Below the pieces are notes generated by a model. The model ran no database searches, had not been told where the DNA came from, and worked only from the letters and a program-made list of their open reading frames with translations. Positions 27,801 through 36,211 of a DNA stretch of 36,211 nt are shown one piece after another. Source of the stretch: Opitutales bacterium (GTDB lineage Bacteria; Verrucomicrobiota; Verrucomicrobiia; Opitutales; UBA2987). The stretch lies in the NCBI GenBank assembly GCA_965226885.1, contig CBDDEL010000007.1:1-36211 (forward strand). The letters are read 5' to 3'. Made by a program: the position numbers and the translations under genes. The first letter of the stretch is position 1, and each line of letters starts with the position of its first letter.

Positions 27801-29315
27801 ATGCCTGAACGCACACCATTCAATCTTACCATGGAAACGCTTGTCCCGTTGTGCAAGCGACGCGGCTTCATTTTTCCCTCTTCCGAAATTTACGGCGGAA
27901 TCAACGGTTTCTACGACTACGGACCTTTGGGGGTGGAACTGCGCAAAAATATCAAGGACGCCTGGTGGCGGGATATGGTCCAGAAACGCGAGGACATCGT
28001 CGGGCTGGACGCCTCCATTATCATGCACCCGAATGTTTGGAAAGCCTCCGGCCATGTCGAACAATTCACCGATCCGATGGTGGATTGCCGGGAGTCGAAA
28101 CTGCGTTATAGGGCCGACCAGCTATTTTTTTCCCCAGTGGCCGTGGATGGCGAAACCATCGGCTACGTCTCCCTCCTGGAAGGCCCCGGGATGGAAGAAG
28201 AGGCCCTCGAAAAAGCGGAAAACCTCAAGCGCAAACTGGCCAAACAGGGAAACCTGGAACCACTCCAACTCAAGGATTACACCGAGGTCAAAGAGGAAGA
28301 GATAGCCCTCATCCCATCACCGGCCACGGGCAAACCTGGTTCCCTGACCGCCCCCCGCGATTTCAACATGATGTTCAAAACCTATGTCGGCGCCTTGCAG
28401 GACGATTCCTCCGTGGCCTATTTGCGGCCCGAGACCGCCCAGGGCATTTTTGCCAATTTCAAGAACATCGTCGATACTGGCCGGGTAAAAGTTCCCTTCG
28501 GCATCGCCCAGATCGGGAAAGCCTTTCGCAATGAAATAACCCCGCGCAATTTCATCTTTCGCTCCCGAGAGTTCGAGCAGTTGGAAATCGAGTATTTCAT
28601 CCCCCCGGACGATGACCTCTGGCCCAAATACCATCGTGAGTGGATCGATACCCGCCTGGCCTGGTTTGAAAGCATCGGCATTCCGTCATCCAGGCTCGGT
28701 AAAGATGTTCATCCCCCGGAGAAACTCTCCCACTACTCGCGCGCCACAACCGACATCACCTTCCAATTTCCGTTTGGTGTGCAGGAGCTGGAAGGCATCG
28801 CGGCGCGTGGAGATTACGACCTCATGCAGCATCAAAAATGCTCTGGAAAATCGATGGAATATTTCGACGAATCCCGCCGGGAGCGTTATGTCCCCCATGT
28901 CATCGAGCCATCCCTGGGGGTGGATCGCACATTGCTGGCCCTTCTTTGTTCGGCTTACGATGAGGATGAAATCGATGGCGATAAACGCGTCGTTTTGCGC
29001 TTCCATCCCCGCGTGGCCCCTTACAAGGCCGCTGTTTTTCCCTTGTTAAAAAACAAGCCCCCGCTGGTCGAAAAAGCGCGGGAAATTTTCCTCCAACTGC
29101 AACGCCACTGGAATGTATTTTACGACGCCTCCGGGGCCATTGGCCGGCGCTACCGGCGCCAGGATGAAATCGGCACCCCATTCGGCATAACGGTGGATTT
29201 CGATACCATCGAAAAAGACGGCACGGTAACCCTGCGCGACCGCGACACCACCCAACAGGAGCGCATGAGCGTCCAGGAATTAACCACCTTTCTCGAAGAA
29301 AAGATCGAAGGGTAA
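27801..29315 (+). CDS. glyQS: Glycine--tRNA ligase, alpha2 type
   Basis: [57 protein letters not shown] and [14 protein letters not shown]. Confidence 0.96.
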   Translation: MPERTPFNLTMETLVPLCKRRGFIFPSSEIYGGINGFYDYGPLGVELRKNIKDAWWRDMVQKREDIVGLDASIIMHPNVWKASGHVEQFTDPMVDCRESKLRYRADQLFFSPVAVDGETIGYVSLLEGPGMEEEALEKAENLKRKLAKQGNLEPLQLKDYTEVKEEEIALIPSPATGKPGSLTAPRDFNMMFKTYVGALQDDSSVAYLRPETAQGIFANFKNIVDTGRVKVPFGIAQIGKAFRNEITPRNFIFRSREFEQLEIEYFIPPDDDLWPKYHREWIDTRLAWFESIGIPSSRLGKDVHPPEKLSHYSRATTDITFQFPFGVQELEGIAARGDYDLMQHQKCSGKSMEYFDESRRERYVPHVIEPSLGVDRTLLALLCSAYDEDEIDGDKRVVLRFHPRVAPYKAAVFPLLKNKPPLVEKAREIFLQLQRHWNVFYDASGAIGRRYRRQDEIGTPFGITVDFDTIEKDGTVTLRDRDTTQQERMSVQELTTFLEEKIEG

Positions 29316-29341
29316 AAAGATGGAGCATCTTTAGTTAAACC

Positions 29342-30397
29342 ATGAAAAAACCATTAATTGATTTGAGCAGCGATACCTCGACCCGGCCTTCGGCCGAAAT
29401 GAGGAACTGCATGGCGGGGGCGGAAGTGGGGGACGAGCAGAAACGTGAGGACCCCACCGTCAACCGGCTGGTGGAGAAAGTTAGCCAACTGCTGGGCAAA
29501 GAGGACGCCGTTTTTTTACCGTCGGGCTCCATGTGCAACCAAATCGCCTTGCGTGTGCATTGTCAGCCGGGCGACGAAATCATCTGCGAGTCGAGCTGCC
29601 ACGTGAGAAATTTTGAGGGTGGGGGCGCCTCCGCCTTAAGCGGTGCCTCCCTTTATTATTTGGAAGGCCAAAAAGGGGTTTTCACGGCTGAGCAGATGGA
29701 GGCGGCGGTGCGGCCTCTGGACAATCATTACGCTCGCTCCCGGGCCGTTTCCATTGAGCAAACAGCGAACCATGCCGGGGGCGTCATCTGGCCTTTGGAA
29801 ACGATTCAGGAAGTTTGCTCGAGCGCAGCCGATCTTGGCCTTGCCCGTCACATGGATGGCGCGCGGCTGTTGAACGCGGTCGTGGCAACCGGAATATCCG
29901 CCCAAACTTATGCCGAAAACTTCGATTCGGTTTGGATCGACTTCAGCAAAGGTCTCGGAGCGCCCGTCGGGGGCGCCCTAGCCGGTTCAAAGGAATTTAT
30001 CAAAGAAGCCTGGCGCTTCAAACATCAGTTTGGCGGTGCCATGAGACAATCGGGCATCATCGCGGCGGCGGCCCTTTACGCATTGGAAAACAATGTGGAA
30101 CGCCTGGCCGAGGACCACGCAAACGCCAAACTCCTATCCGACGGCCTGGCCAACATCGAAGGAATCAACGTCCAACCTTCGGATACCAACATAATCATCA
30201 TCAAGTTAACCGAACTGGGCTGCACCGGACAGGAATTCAACGAAAAATTAATTGCCAGCGGCGTGCGACTGTCCATCACCGGGCCAGCACAATTGAGAGC
30301 CGTCACCCATCTGGATGTCTCCCGAGCCCAGATCGAGGAAGCCTTGGCCGTCTTTGAAAAAGTTGCCGGGGAGTTCAGAAGTATTCCCAATAATTGA
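29342..30397 (+). CDS. ltaE: Low-specificity L-threonine aldolase (PLP-dependent)
   Basis: DLSSDT.T.P, VGD...EDPTV, HMDGARLLNA, FSKGLGAPVG and GGAMRQSG. Confidence 0.92.
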   Translation: MKKPLIDLSSDTSTRPSAEMRNCMAGAEVGDEQKREDPTVNRLVEKVSQLLGKEDAVFLPSGSMCNQIALRVHCQPGDEIICESSCHVRNFEGGGASALSGASLYYLEGQKGVFTAEQMEAAVRPLDNHYARSRAVSIEQTANHAGGVIWPLETIQEVCSSAADLGLARHMDGARLLNAVVATGISAQTYAENFDSVWIDFSKGLGAPVGGALAGSKEFIKEAWRFKHQFGGAMRQSGIIAAAALYALENNVERLAEDHANAKLLSDGLANIEGINVQPSDTNIIIIKLTELGCTGQEFNEKLIASGVRLSITGPAQLRAVTHLDVSRAQIEEALAVFEKVAGEFRSIPNN

Positions 30398-30674
30398 ATC
30401 ATTACCTTAGGAAACCAACAAATGGAAGATGCCGGCGAAAGGGATTTGTCGAAATTGCTGGCTTCTTTGGATCCGGTTCTGGCGGAGGGTGAGTTTGTTT
30501 TTTGCCTTTTGGACGAGGCTGCTTATCGATCGTTGAAAGGCGACCCGCTTTGCTTTTTTCGTGAGGAGGAGGGTTTTTCCATAGTTTTGAAAAAATCTGA
30601 GGCCGAAGAGCTGAGGTTTTCTTATGACTCGGTCTGGGCGCTCATTACCTGCCGGGTTCGGTCTAGTTTGGGTA

Positions 30675-31476
30675 GGTAGTGTATAAAAAAAGAATGTTAT
30701 TTTGTATTTTTAGCTGTACAAATAGCGTTAGGCAGTTTATTCTTAGTGCATGGTTACTAAAATTATTAATTGTCGGCACTGTGGAAGTGAAAATATCATT
30801 AAATTTGGCAAGACGCCCAACCATAAACAGCGCTACCGCTGCCATGATTGTGGTAAACAAAGCCGCGAAAACCCCACAGTGAAATACACCGAAGAGCAAA
30901 AAGAAATGATCCTTCGAGTCTATCAGGAACGCAGCAGTCTACGCGGTTTACAGCGCGCCTTCGGGGTGAGTCCCAACACCGTTTTGAGTTGGTTAAAAAA
31001 AACGACAATCGCTGCGACCGCTCAAAAGCACGATTCTTGCGGCCCGCCGCCATGATGTCATTGAACTGGACGAACTGTGGTCTTTTGTGGGGCGCAAGAG
31101 CGATGCCCAATGGGTTTGGATCGCTCTTTGCCGACGCACCCGTCAAATCCTCTCCTATGCCATTGGGCCTCGGGATTGGTATCGTTGCCGGGAACTTTAC
31201 GAGCGTCTGCCACGGGCCTACAAAAGATGTGCCACCTACAGCGACTTTTGGAGCACTTATGATGAAGTCTTTCCTCATAACCGATCCGTGGGAAAAGAAA
31301 CCGGTGAAACGGCCCATGTGGAACGATGGAACAATACCCTGCGCCAACGACTGGGTCGTTTCACACGCAAAACCCTCTCCTTTTCCAAGCTTAAGAGTAT
31401 GCATGAAACCTGTCTGAGACTTTTCATTCATCAATATAATCAAGAATTAGCCACCATTCCTACTTAATACACTACC
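30675..31476 (+). mobile_element. IS1-family insertion sequence with 8-bp target duplication CTAGTTTG
   Basis: IRs GGTAGTGTAT.. (30675) and ..ATACACTACC (31476); CTAGTTTG at 30663-30670 and 31477-31484; extra GGTA at 30671-30674. Confidence 0.93.
30750..31467 (+). CDS. IS1-family transposase in two frames (InsA-like 30750-31055; InsB-like DDE part about 31003-31467), joined at an A8 run
   Basis: Zinc ribbon CRHC..KQRYRCHDC plus HTH; the second frame gives IELDELWSFVG, WVWIAL, YSDFW..Y and HVERWNNTLRQRLGRFTRKTLSFSK. Confidence 0.88.
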
Positions 31477-31617
31477 CTAGTTTGCAGGCTGTTGGATTGC
31501 TGGCCGGAATTACCGGACAACTGGCGGCTGCGGGCATCAGCGTGAACGCCGTTTCGGCCTATTGCCACGACCACCTGCTGGTCCCAAAAGAGAAAGCCTC
31601 TGAGGCCCTCAAAATGC

Positions 31618-33336
31618 TCAGGAATCCTGGCTCGGCCGCCAGTCGATAAGCTCCAAATGGGGATGCCTGCGCCCGTTCCAGCAGTTCCATTTCAATTTGA
31701 CGGCCAGATCAATGGATTCGTTGACCGGCGGCACACGATCCGCTTTTTTCCAGGCTACGCCGAAAATCCTTTGCCCGGGAACGGTGTTTAATTGAAAACG
31801 AAAATTACCCTGCCCAAATACTTCCGGTTTTTTGCCCAGGGCTACATCGCGAATCCCGAAAACCGGTTCGGGGTTGCCTTGGCCGAACGGTTGCAGGCAT
31901 TCCATTTCATCCAGCAAATTCTTTCCCATATCTTCCGGTTCAATCCAGCAGGCCAGCTCCAGATCCCTTACCGCGGTCGAATTTTCCAACAATTCTGTTA
32001 CGGCCAGGTGGAAGACTTTTTGCAATTCCCTCAAGTTGCATGGGTCCAGGCAAATGCCGATGGCCATAGGGTGGCCACCCCAACGATCGAGCAGTTCATG
32101 GCAGCTTTTCAACACCTCGACCAGGTCAACGCCTTTTATGCTTCGGCCCGACCCTTTGGCCAAATCGCCCTCGTTGCCCATCACAATGCAGGGTCGGCGG
32201 TATTTTTGAACCAGGCGGCTGGCCACCGCCCCGACCACTCCCGGATGCCAGTCCGAATGGTGTAAAATATAACCCGCCTGGTCCGATAGACGATCCCGGA
32301 TGATATCTTCCGCTTGCGAGCAAATACGGGTTTCGATTTCTTTGCGTTCGGTGTTCATTTTCTCCAAGGCGCCGGCTGCCACGCCGCATTGCTCCCAGTT
32401 TTCGCAAAGGAGCAGATCGACCGGCAAAATGGCGTCCCCGAGACGCCCGCTGGCATTGATGCGGGGCCCCAGGCGAAAGGAGATATCGACCGGAGTGACT
32501 TCTTCCCCCAGAGACATTCCGCTGGTTTCGAAAAGAGCTTTCAAACCCAGCCGGTGGGTATTTCTAAGCCTTTCCAAACCCGCCTTGGCCAGTATGCGGT
32601 TTTCTCCCCGCAAGGGAACCAGATCGGCCACCGTGCCCATTGCCACCAGGTCGAGATACTCCTTGAGTTGAATAGTCTGGGCTAGTTCATCGCCTTCCCG
32701 GCGCAATTGTTTGAGCAGCCCGTGGACCAGTTTGAAGACCAGGCCAACCGTGCAAAGATGTTGCCAAGGCTCCTGCTCATCGTCAAAAATCCTCGGATTT
32801 ACGAGAATGCAGTCGGCAGGAAGGCTTTCATTGGAAGAATGGTGGTCGATGATGATGACGTCGATTTGCTGCTCCCGTAGTGCGGCTACCTCCTGGAGGG
32901 AGTTCGTCCCGCTATCCAGGGCGATGAGAAGATGCGGTTTTTCTCCTTCTAAAATCCGCTCGATTCCTTTGAAAGAAAGACCGTAGCCTTCTTTCAGTCT
33001 GCGCGGGATCATATAGCGCGGATAAATCCCATAGAGGCGCAGGATGCTTACCAGGAGGACCGTGCTGGTTACTCCATCGACATCATAATCGCCGTAAATG
33101 AGAATCACCTCATCGTTTTGCATGGCTCGCCGCAACCGGTCCACGGCCTTGTCCAGATGGGTCAGGCGGAAAGGATCGTCCAAATTTCGCAATTGGGGTT
33201 CCAGGTATCGCCGGACGGATTCTTCCTCATTCAGCCCGAGCCGGATGAGCAGCCGCGCCACAATTGGGTGAAGGGAAAATTGGCTGCACAGGGCGCTGAC
33301 CTGGTTTTCAGCGGCGGGAAGGCAGGTCCAACGCAT
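31618..33336 (-). CDS. recJ: Single-stranded-DNA-specific exonuclease RecJ
   Basis: IYGDYDVDG, EGYGLS, IIDHH, GTVADLVPL..ENR, GPRINASGR, GSGRS, GGHPMA and PFGQGNPEP. Confidence 0.96.
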   Translation of the reverse strand: MRWTCLPAAENQVSALCSQFSLHPIVARLLIRLGLNEEESVRRYLEPQLRNLDDPFRLTHLDKAVDRLRRAMQNDEVILIYGDYDVDGVTSTVLLVSILRLYGIYPRYMIPRRLKEGYGLSFKGIERILEGEKPHLLIALDSGTNSLQEVAALREQQIDVIIIDHHSSNESLPADCILVNPRIFDDEQEPWQHLCTVGLVFKLVHGLLKQLRREGDELAQTIQLKEYLDLVAMGTVADLVPLRGENRILAKAGLERLRNTHRLGLKALFETSGMSLGEEVTPVDISFRLGPRINASGRLGDAILPVDLLLCENWEQCGVAAGALEKMNTERKEIETRICSQAEDIIRDRLSDQAGYILHHSDWHPGVVGAVASRLVQKYRRPCIVMGNEGDLAKGSGRSIKGVDLVEVLKSCHELLDRWGGHPMAIGICLDPCNLRELQKVFHLAVTELLENSTAVRDLELACWIEPEDMGKNLLDEMECLQPFGQGNPEPVFGIRDVALGKKPEVFGQGNFRFQLNTVPGQRIFGVAWKKADRVPPVNESIDLAVKLKWNCWNGRRHPHLELIDWRPSQDS

Positions 33337-33363
33337 GTCTATGCAATCAAGGAATTAAATTTA

Positions 33364-35931
33364 TTATTGAGTTGATTTGGAAGCCTTGCGCGAAGACTGC
33401 CAATCGTATTCGGGTAGAATATGGCGTTCCTCGACATGGCGGCGATCTTGCCTGTGATACCAGAAAAATACCGGACTGGCGATAAATATGGAAGAAAACG
33501 TGCCCGTGAAAATCCCGATGATGAAGACCAGAGCAAAATCTATGACTACCCCGGCTCCCCAAAGATAAAGCGCCGACGTGGCCAGCAAAGTCGTCAAACT
33601 GGTCAGCAAGGTGCGCCCCAGTGTGCGGTTGATTGCCAGGTTGATCACCCCGCGCAGGTTCATGCCGGGATTGAGGGTCAACTCCTCCCGGATGCGGTCG
33701 AACACGACAATGGTGTCGTTCAAGGAGTAGCCGATGATCATGAGCACGGCGGCCACCATGGGAGCAGAAAATTGCCCGCTTCCGATTCCCAGCGATCCGA
33801 GCAGAACATACAGGCCGATGCTCATGAGGATATCGTGCACTGTCGCCACCACAGCCCCCACACCGTAGCCGAATTCGAACCTTACGGCCACATAAAACAG
33901 AATGAAGACCAGAGCCAGCGATATCGATTTAATGGCGCTCCATTTAACCTCGTCGCCCACCGAGGCGCTGATCGTCGTTTTGCCCATTAGCTCCAGTCCT
34001 GCGTCGGGATGGGCCGTCTGCAATGCGGCCAGGACCTGCTCTCCCATGTTCACCCGAGTGGTCACTTTGAGTGTTTCATTGCCCTGGCCGATGGTCGTTT
34101 GATAGAGCGAATTGACCTCCCCCAAATCGTTTTTCAAGGCCACCTCGGTAACCTGCTGGGAAGTCAGATTTTGTTCGAACTTGAGGATCAGTTCCTCCCC
34201 GCCCGTGAAGTCGGTTCCGTAAATATGGTCCTTGTTGATGAAAACGGCGGAAAGGCCGACAAGCACCATCACCCAGGAACAGATAAAAGCGGGTTTGCGA
34301 AAATTGAGGAAGGGAATCCGGGTCGTTTTGAGGAAACTCTTCACCATCATCTTCTTGACGATGCCGGTGTTGACCAGCATCTCCAGCATGGCTCGGCTGA
34401 CCACCAGGGCGCAGAACATCGAGGCCAGTATTCCGATAGCCAGGGTGACGCCGAAGCCCTTGACCGGCCCCGTTCCCATCCAGATAAGGATTCCAGCCGT
34501 GATAAGGGTTGTCACATTGGCGTCCACGATGGTTGAGAGGGCTTTTTGATAACCGGTAATAAGAGATGTGGATAATTGCTTACCCTCCCTCAATTCCTCC
34601 CGGATTCGCTCGAAAATGAGGATATTGGCATCGACCGCCATTCCGATGGTTAGAACCAGGGCGGCCACACCGGGCAGGGTTACGGTGGCCCCCAGGCTGG
34701 ACAAGGTGCCGAATACAATGATGATGTTGAGGCCCACCGAGATAACCGCCACCAGGCCCGCCGAGACATAATAAAGAATCATGAAGATGATGACCAGGAA
34801 GGCGCCGATTTGGAACGCGGTGATGGAGGCGTCCCGCGCGTCTTCCGCCAAAGAGGGGCCGACTTCATAAATTTCATCGTATTCCAGCCCCACCTTTAGG
34901 GGATTGTTGAGCACGTTGGCCAGCTCAAGGGCCTCCCGCTGGGTAAAACGGCCGGTTATTTCCGCCCCGCCTCGGATCTCTTGCTGCACGGTAGGCGCGC
35001 TATAGAGTTCGCCGTCGAGAATGATCGCCATCTGCCCGACTACCCCGGTCGATTGGTTTTTTTCTGCGATCATGCGGGTGACGTTGGCAAATGTTTCTCC
35101 TCCTTCGCTGGTAAAGCGCAGGAGCACCCGATACCCACCGAATTCATTGGGCGCGGCGTAGGCTTCATCGATAATGTCCCCCGTCATGGCGGGAGGTCTC
35201 TTGATATAGTAGGGATGCTCCGTAATTTCTCCCGTCCGGGAATTCTCCCGCTCCTCAATCATGGGCACATAGCCGAGCGGAGTTTCCGGGGTGTTCTGCG
35301 GATTGGCGGTGCGGTTGACTTCGCAAAATTCCAGTTTTGCCGGTTTTCCGATAACATTGATAATGTTCGGGTTGTCCTTGGTCGAAATCCCCGGCATCTG
35401 CACCTCAATGCGATTCTCGCCCTTGAGCCTGATGATCGGTTCCGCCACTCCCAGGCCGTCCACGCGTTTACGCAAAATTTCCACAGCCCGCGAGAGTTGG
35501 TCATCCCGCACCAACTGGTTGGGATCCAGGTCGGTTTCGTTCACTTTAAAGGTAATGGCGATGCCTCCCTTCAGGTCGAGGCCCAGTTTGACTTTTCCCT
35601 GCGAGTTTTTCAACAGCTCCGCTAACAGGATTTCGTTGCGTTTATGTCGGTTTTTGATGTCGCTGCCGTCGATTTGCGGAATGAACTTCTGGAAATCGAT
35701 GGAATCCTCTTCCGCCAGGTTCTTGAGGGCCACGAAAAGGCTGGGTTCCTCCTTGCTTTCGACCCGTTTCATGGCCTTTTCTTTAAGCTTGTTGAACTCC
35801 TCGTTTTCCGCCGTTATCTGGGGGTCGATGTATTCCTCGAAAGGAGTATCGTTGGGCGGGATGATGTTGAGTACGGCCCAGCCAACCACAGCAATGGTCA
35901 ACAGGCTTTTCCATATAATACTTCCAGTCAT
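33364..35931 (-). CDS. secDF: Fused protein translocase subunit SecDF
   Basis: LGLDLKGG, RVDGLGVAEP, GPSLA, TLPGVAALVLTIGMAVDANILIFERIREE, G.DFTGG and GYSLNDTIVVFDRIRE. Confidence 0.96.
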   Translation of the reverse strand: MTGSIIWKSLLTIAVVGWAVLNIIPPNDTPFEEYIDPQITAENEEFNKLKEKAMKRVESKEEPSLFVALKNLAEEDSIDFQKFIPQIDGSDIKNRHKRNEILLAELLKNSQGKVKLGLDLKGGIAITFKVNETDLDPNQLVRDDQLSRAVEILRKRVDGLGVAEPIIRLKGENRIEVQMPGISTKDNPNIINVIGKPAKLEFCEVNRTANPQNTPETPLGYVPMIEERENSRTGEITEHPYYIKRPPAMTGDIIDEAYAAPNEFGGYRVLLRFTSEGGETFANVTRMIAEKNQSTGVVGQMAIILDGELYSAPTVQQEIRGGAEITGRFTQREALELANVLNNPLKVGLEYDEIYEVGPSLAEDARDASITAFQIGAFLVIIFMILYYVSAGLVAVISVGLNIIIVFGTLSSLGATVTLPGVAALVLTIGMAVDANILIFERIREELREGKQLSTSLITGYQKALSTIVDANVTTLITAGILIWMGTGPVKGFGVTLAIGILASMFCALVVSRAMLEMLVNTGIVKKMMVKSFLKTTRIPFLNFRKPAFICSWVMVLVGLSAVFINKDHIYGTDFTGGEELILKFEQNLTSQQVTEVALKNDLGEVNSLYQTTIGQGNETLKVTTRVNMGEQVLAALQTAHPDAGLELMGKTTISASVGDEVKWSAIKSISLALVFILFYVAVRFEFGYGVGAVVATVHDILMSIGLYVLLGSLGIGSGQFSAPMVAAVLMIIGYSLNDTIVVFDRIREELTLNPGMNLRGVINLAINRTLGRTLLTSLTTLLATSALYLWGAGVVIDFALVFIIGIFTGTFSSIFIASPVFFWYHRQDRRHVEERHILPEYDWQSSRKASKSTQ

Positions 35932-35970
35932 GGTAATAAATAATGCGGTGAACCGTTTCCGGGAATCGAT

Positions 35971-36211
35971 CTATTTGCGGGCAACGGAATTTTGAATGGA
36001 ACCTTTGCTGACTTCCACCTTGGTATTCTCTGCAATTCTAACAACGAAACGGTCCTCTTTTACATTGGTGATTTCTCCATAGATGCCGCCGTTGGTCAAC
36101 ACGGTGTCCCCGGTTTTCAACTCCGTCAGCATTTTCTGGTGTTGCTTTTGACGTTTCTTCTGCGGCGCCAAAAGTAGAAACCAGAGTCCCGCAAAGAGCA
36201 GTAGATAGAAA
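35971..36211 (-). CDS. yajC: Preprotein translocase subunit YajC (5' end outside the window)
   Basis: FYLLLFAGLWFLLLAPQKKRQK..LKTGD.VLTNGGIYGEI, directly upstream of secDF. Confidence 0.93.
   Translation of the reverse strand, partial: FYLLLFAGLWFLLLAPQKKRQKQHQKMLTELKTGDTVLTNGGIYGEITNVKEDRFVVRIAENTKVEVSKGSIQNSVARK

Larger units (their letters stand above)
30422..31649 (+). pseudogene. ACT-domain protein interrupted by an IS1-family element
   Basis: The 5' part (GERDL..LL.SL.P, FREEEG, ITCRVRSSL) joins in frame to 31485-31649 (QAVGLLAGI..LAAAGISVNAVSAYCHDHLLVP) once the IS and one target repeat are removed, giving 137 aa. Confidence 0.9.

Noticed and set aside
27223..28305. 360-aa alternative-frame ORF, and other long overlapping ORFs such as 12359-13273, 16495-17271 and 35291-35995
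   Set aside because: They overlap well-supported genes in other frames or antisense and show no recognisable motifs; typical shadow ORFs.
1..36211. tRNA, rRNA or prophage genes
   Set aside because: No cloverleaf or T-loop signatures, rRNA-like stretches or phage hallmark proteins were recognised by eye.

Overview
Bacterial chromosomal segment, most consistent with Verrucomicrobiota/Opitutales (inferred from the style of the pilin and hypothetical proteins). The housekeeping backbone is rodA, an RNase E/G gene, sixA, typA, recQ, sulP, aat, a MazG-like gene, def, dinB, glyQS, ltaE, recJ, secDF and yajC. Four IS insertions interrupt it: an IS1380 nested in and truncating one copy of an IS5/ISNCY-like element, a second complete copy of that element with a triplicated catalytic motif, and an IS1-family element splitting an ACT-domain gene. 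The best novelty candidates are: (1) an overlapping gene pair resembling a non-canonical MotAB/ExbBD-type ion-driven membrane motor, whose B-like subunit carries a long coiled coil and a trypsin-like C-terminal domain; (2) a translationally coupled M29-like metallopeptidase plus a stand-alone OvoA-C-terminal-type methyltransferase, with no sulfoxide synthase in the window; (3) a switch-like structured leader with an intrinsic terminator upstream of a type IV pilin; (4) an H-type pseudoknot just behind the IS1380 transposase stop codon. The window also has several perfect short tandem duplications (21x3, 20x3, 14x2, 10x2, 4x2), one of which frameshifts a Na+/solute symporter. All family assignments come from motif recognition by eye; no searches were run.
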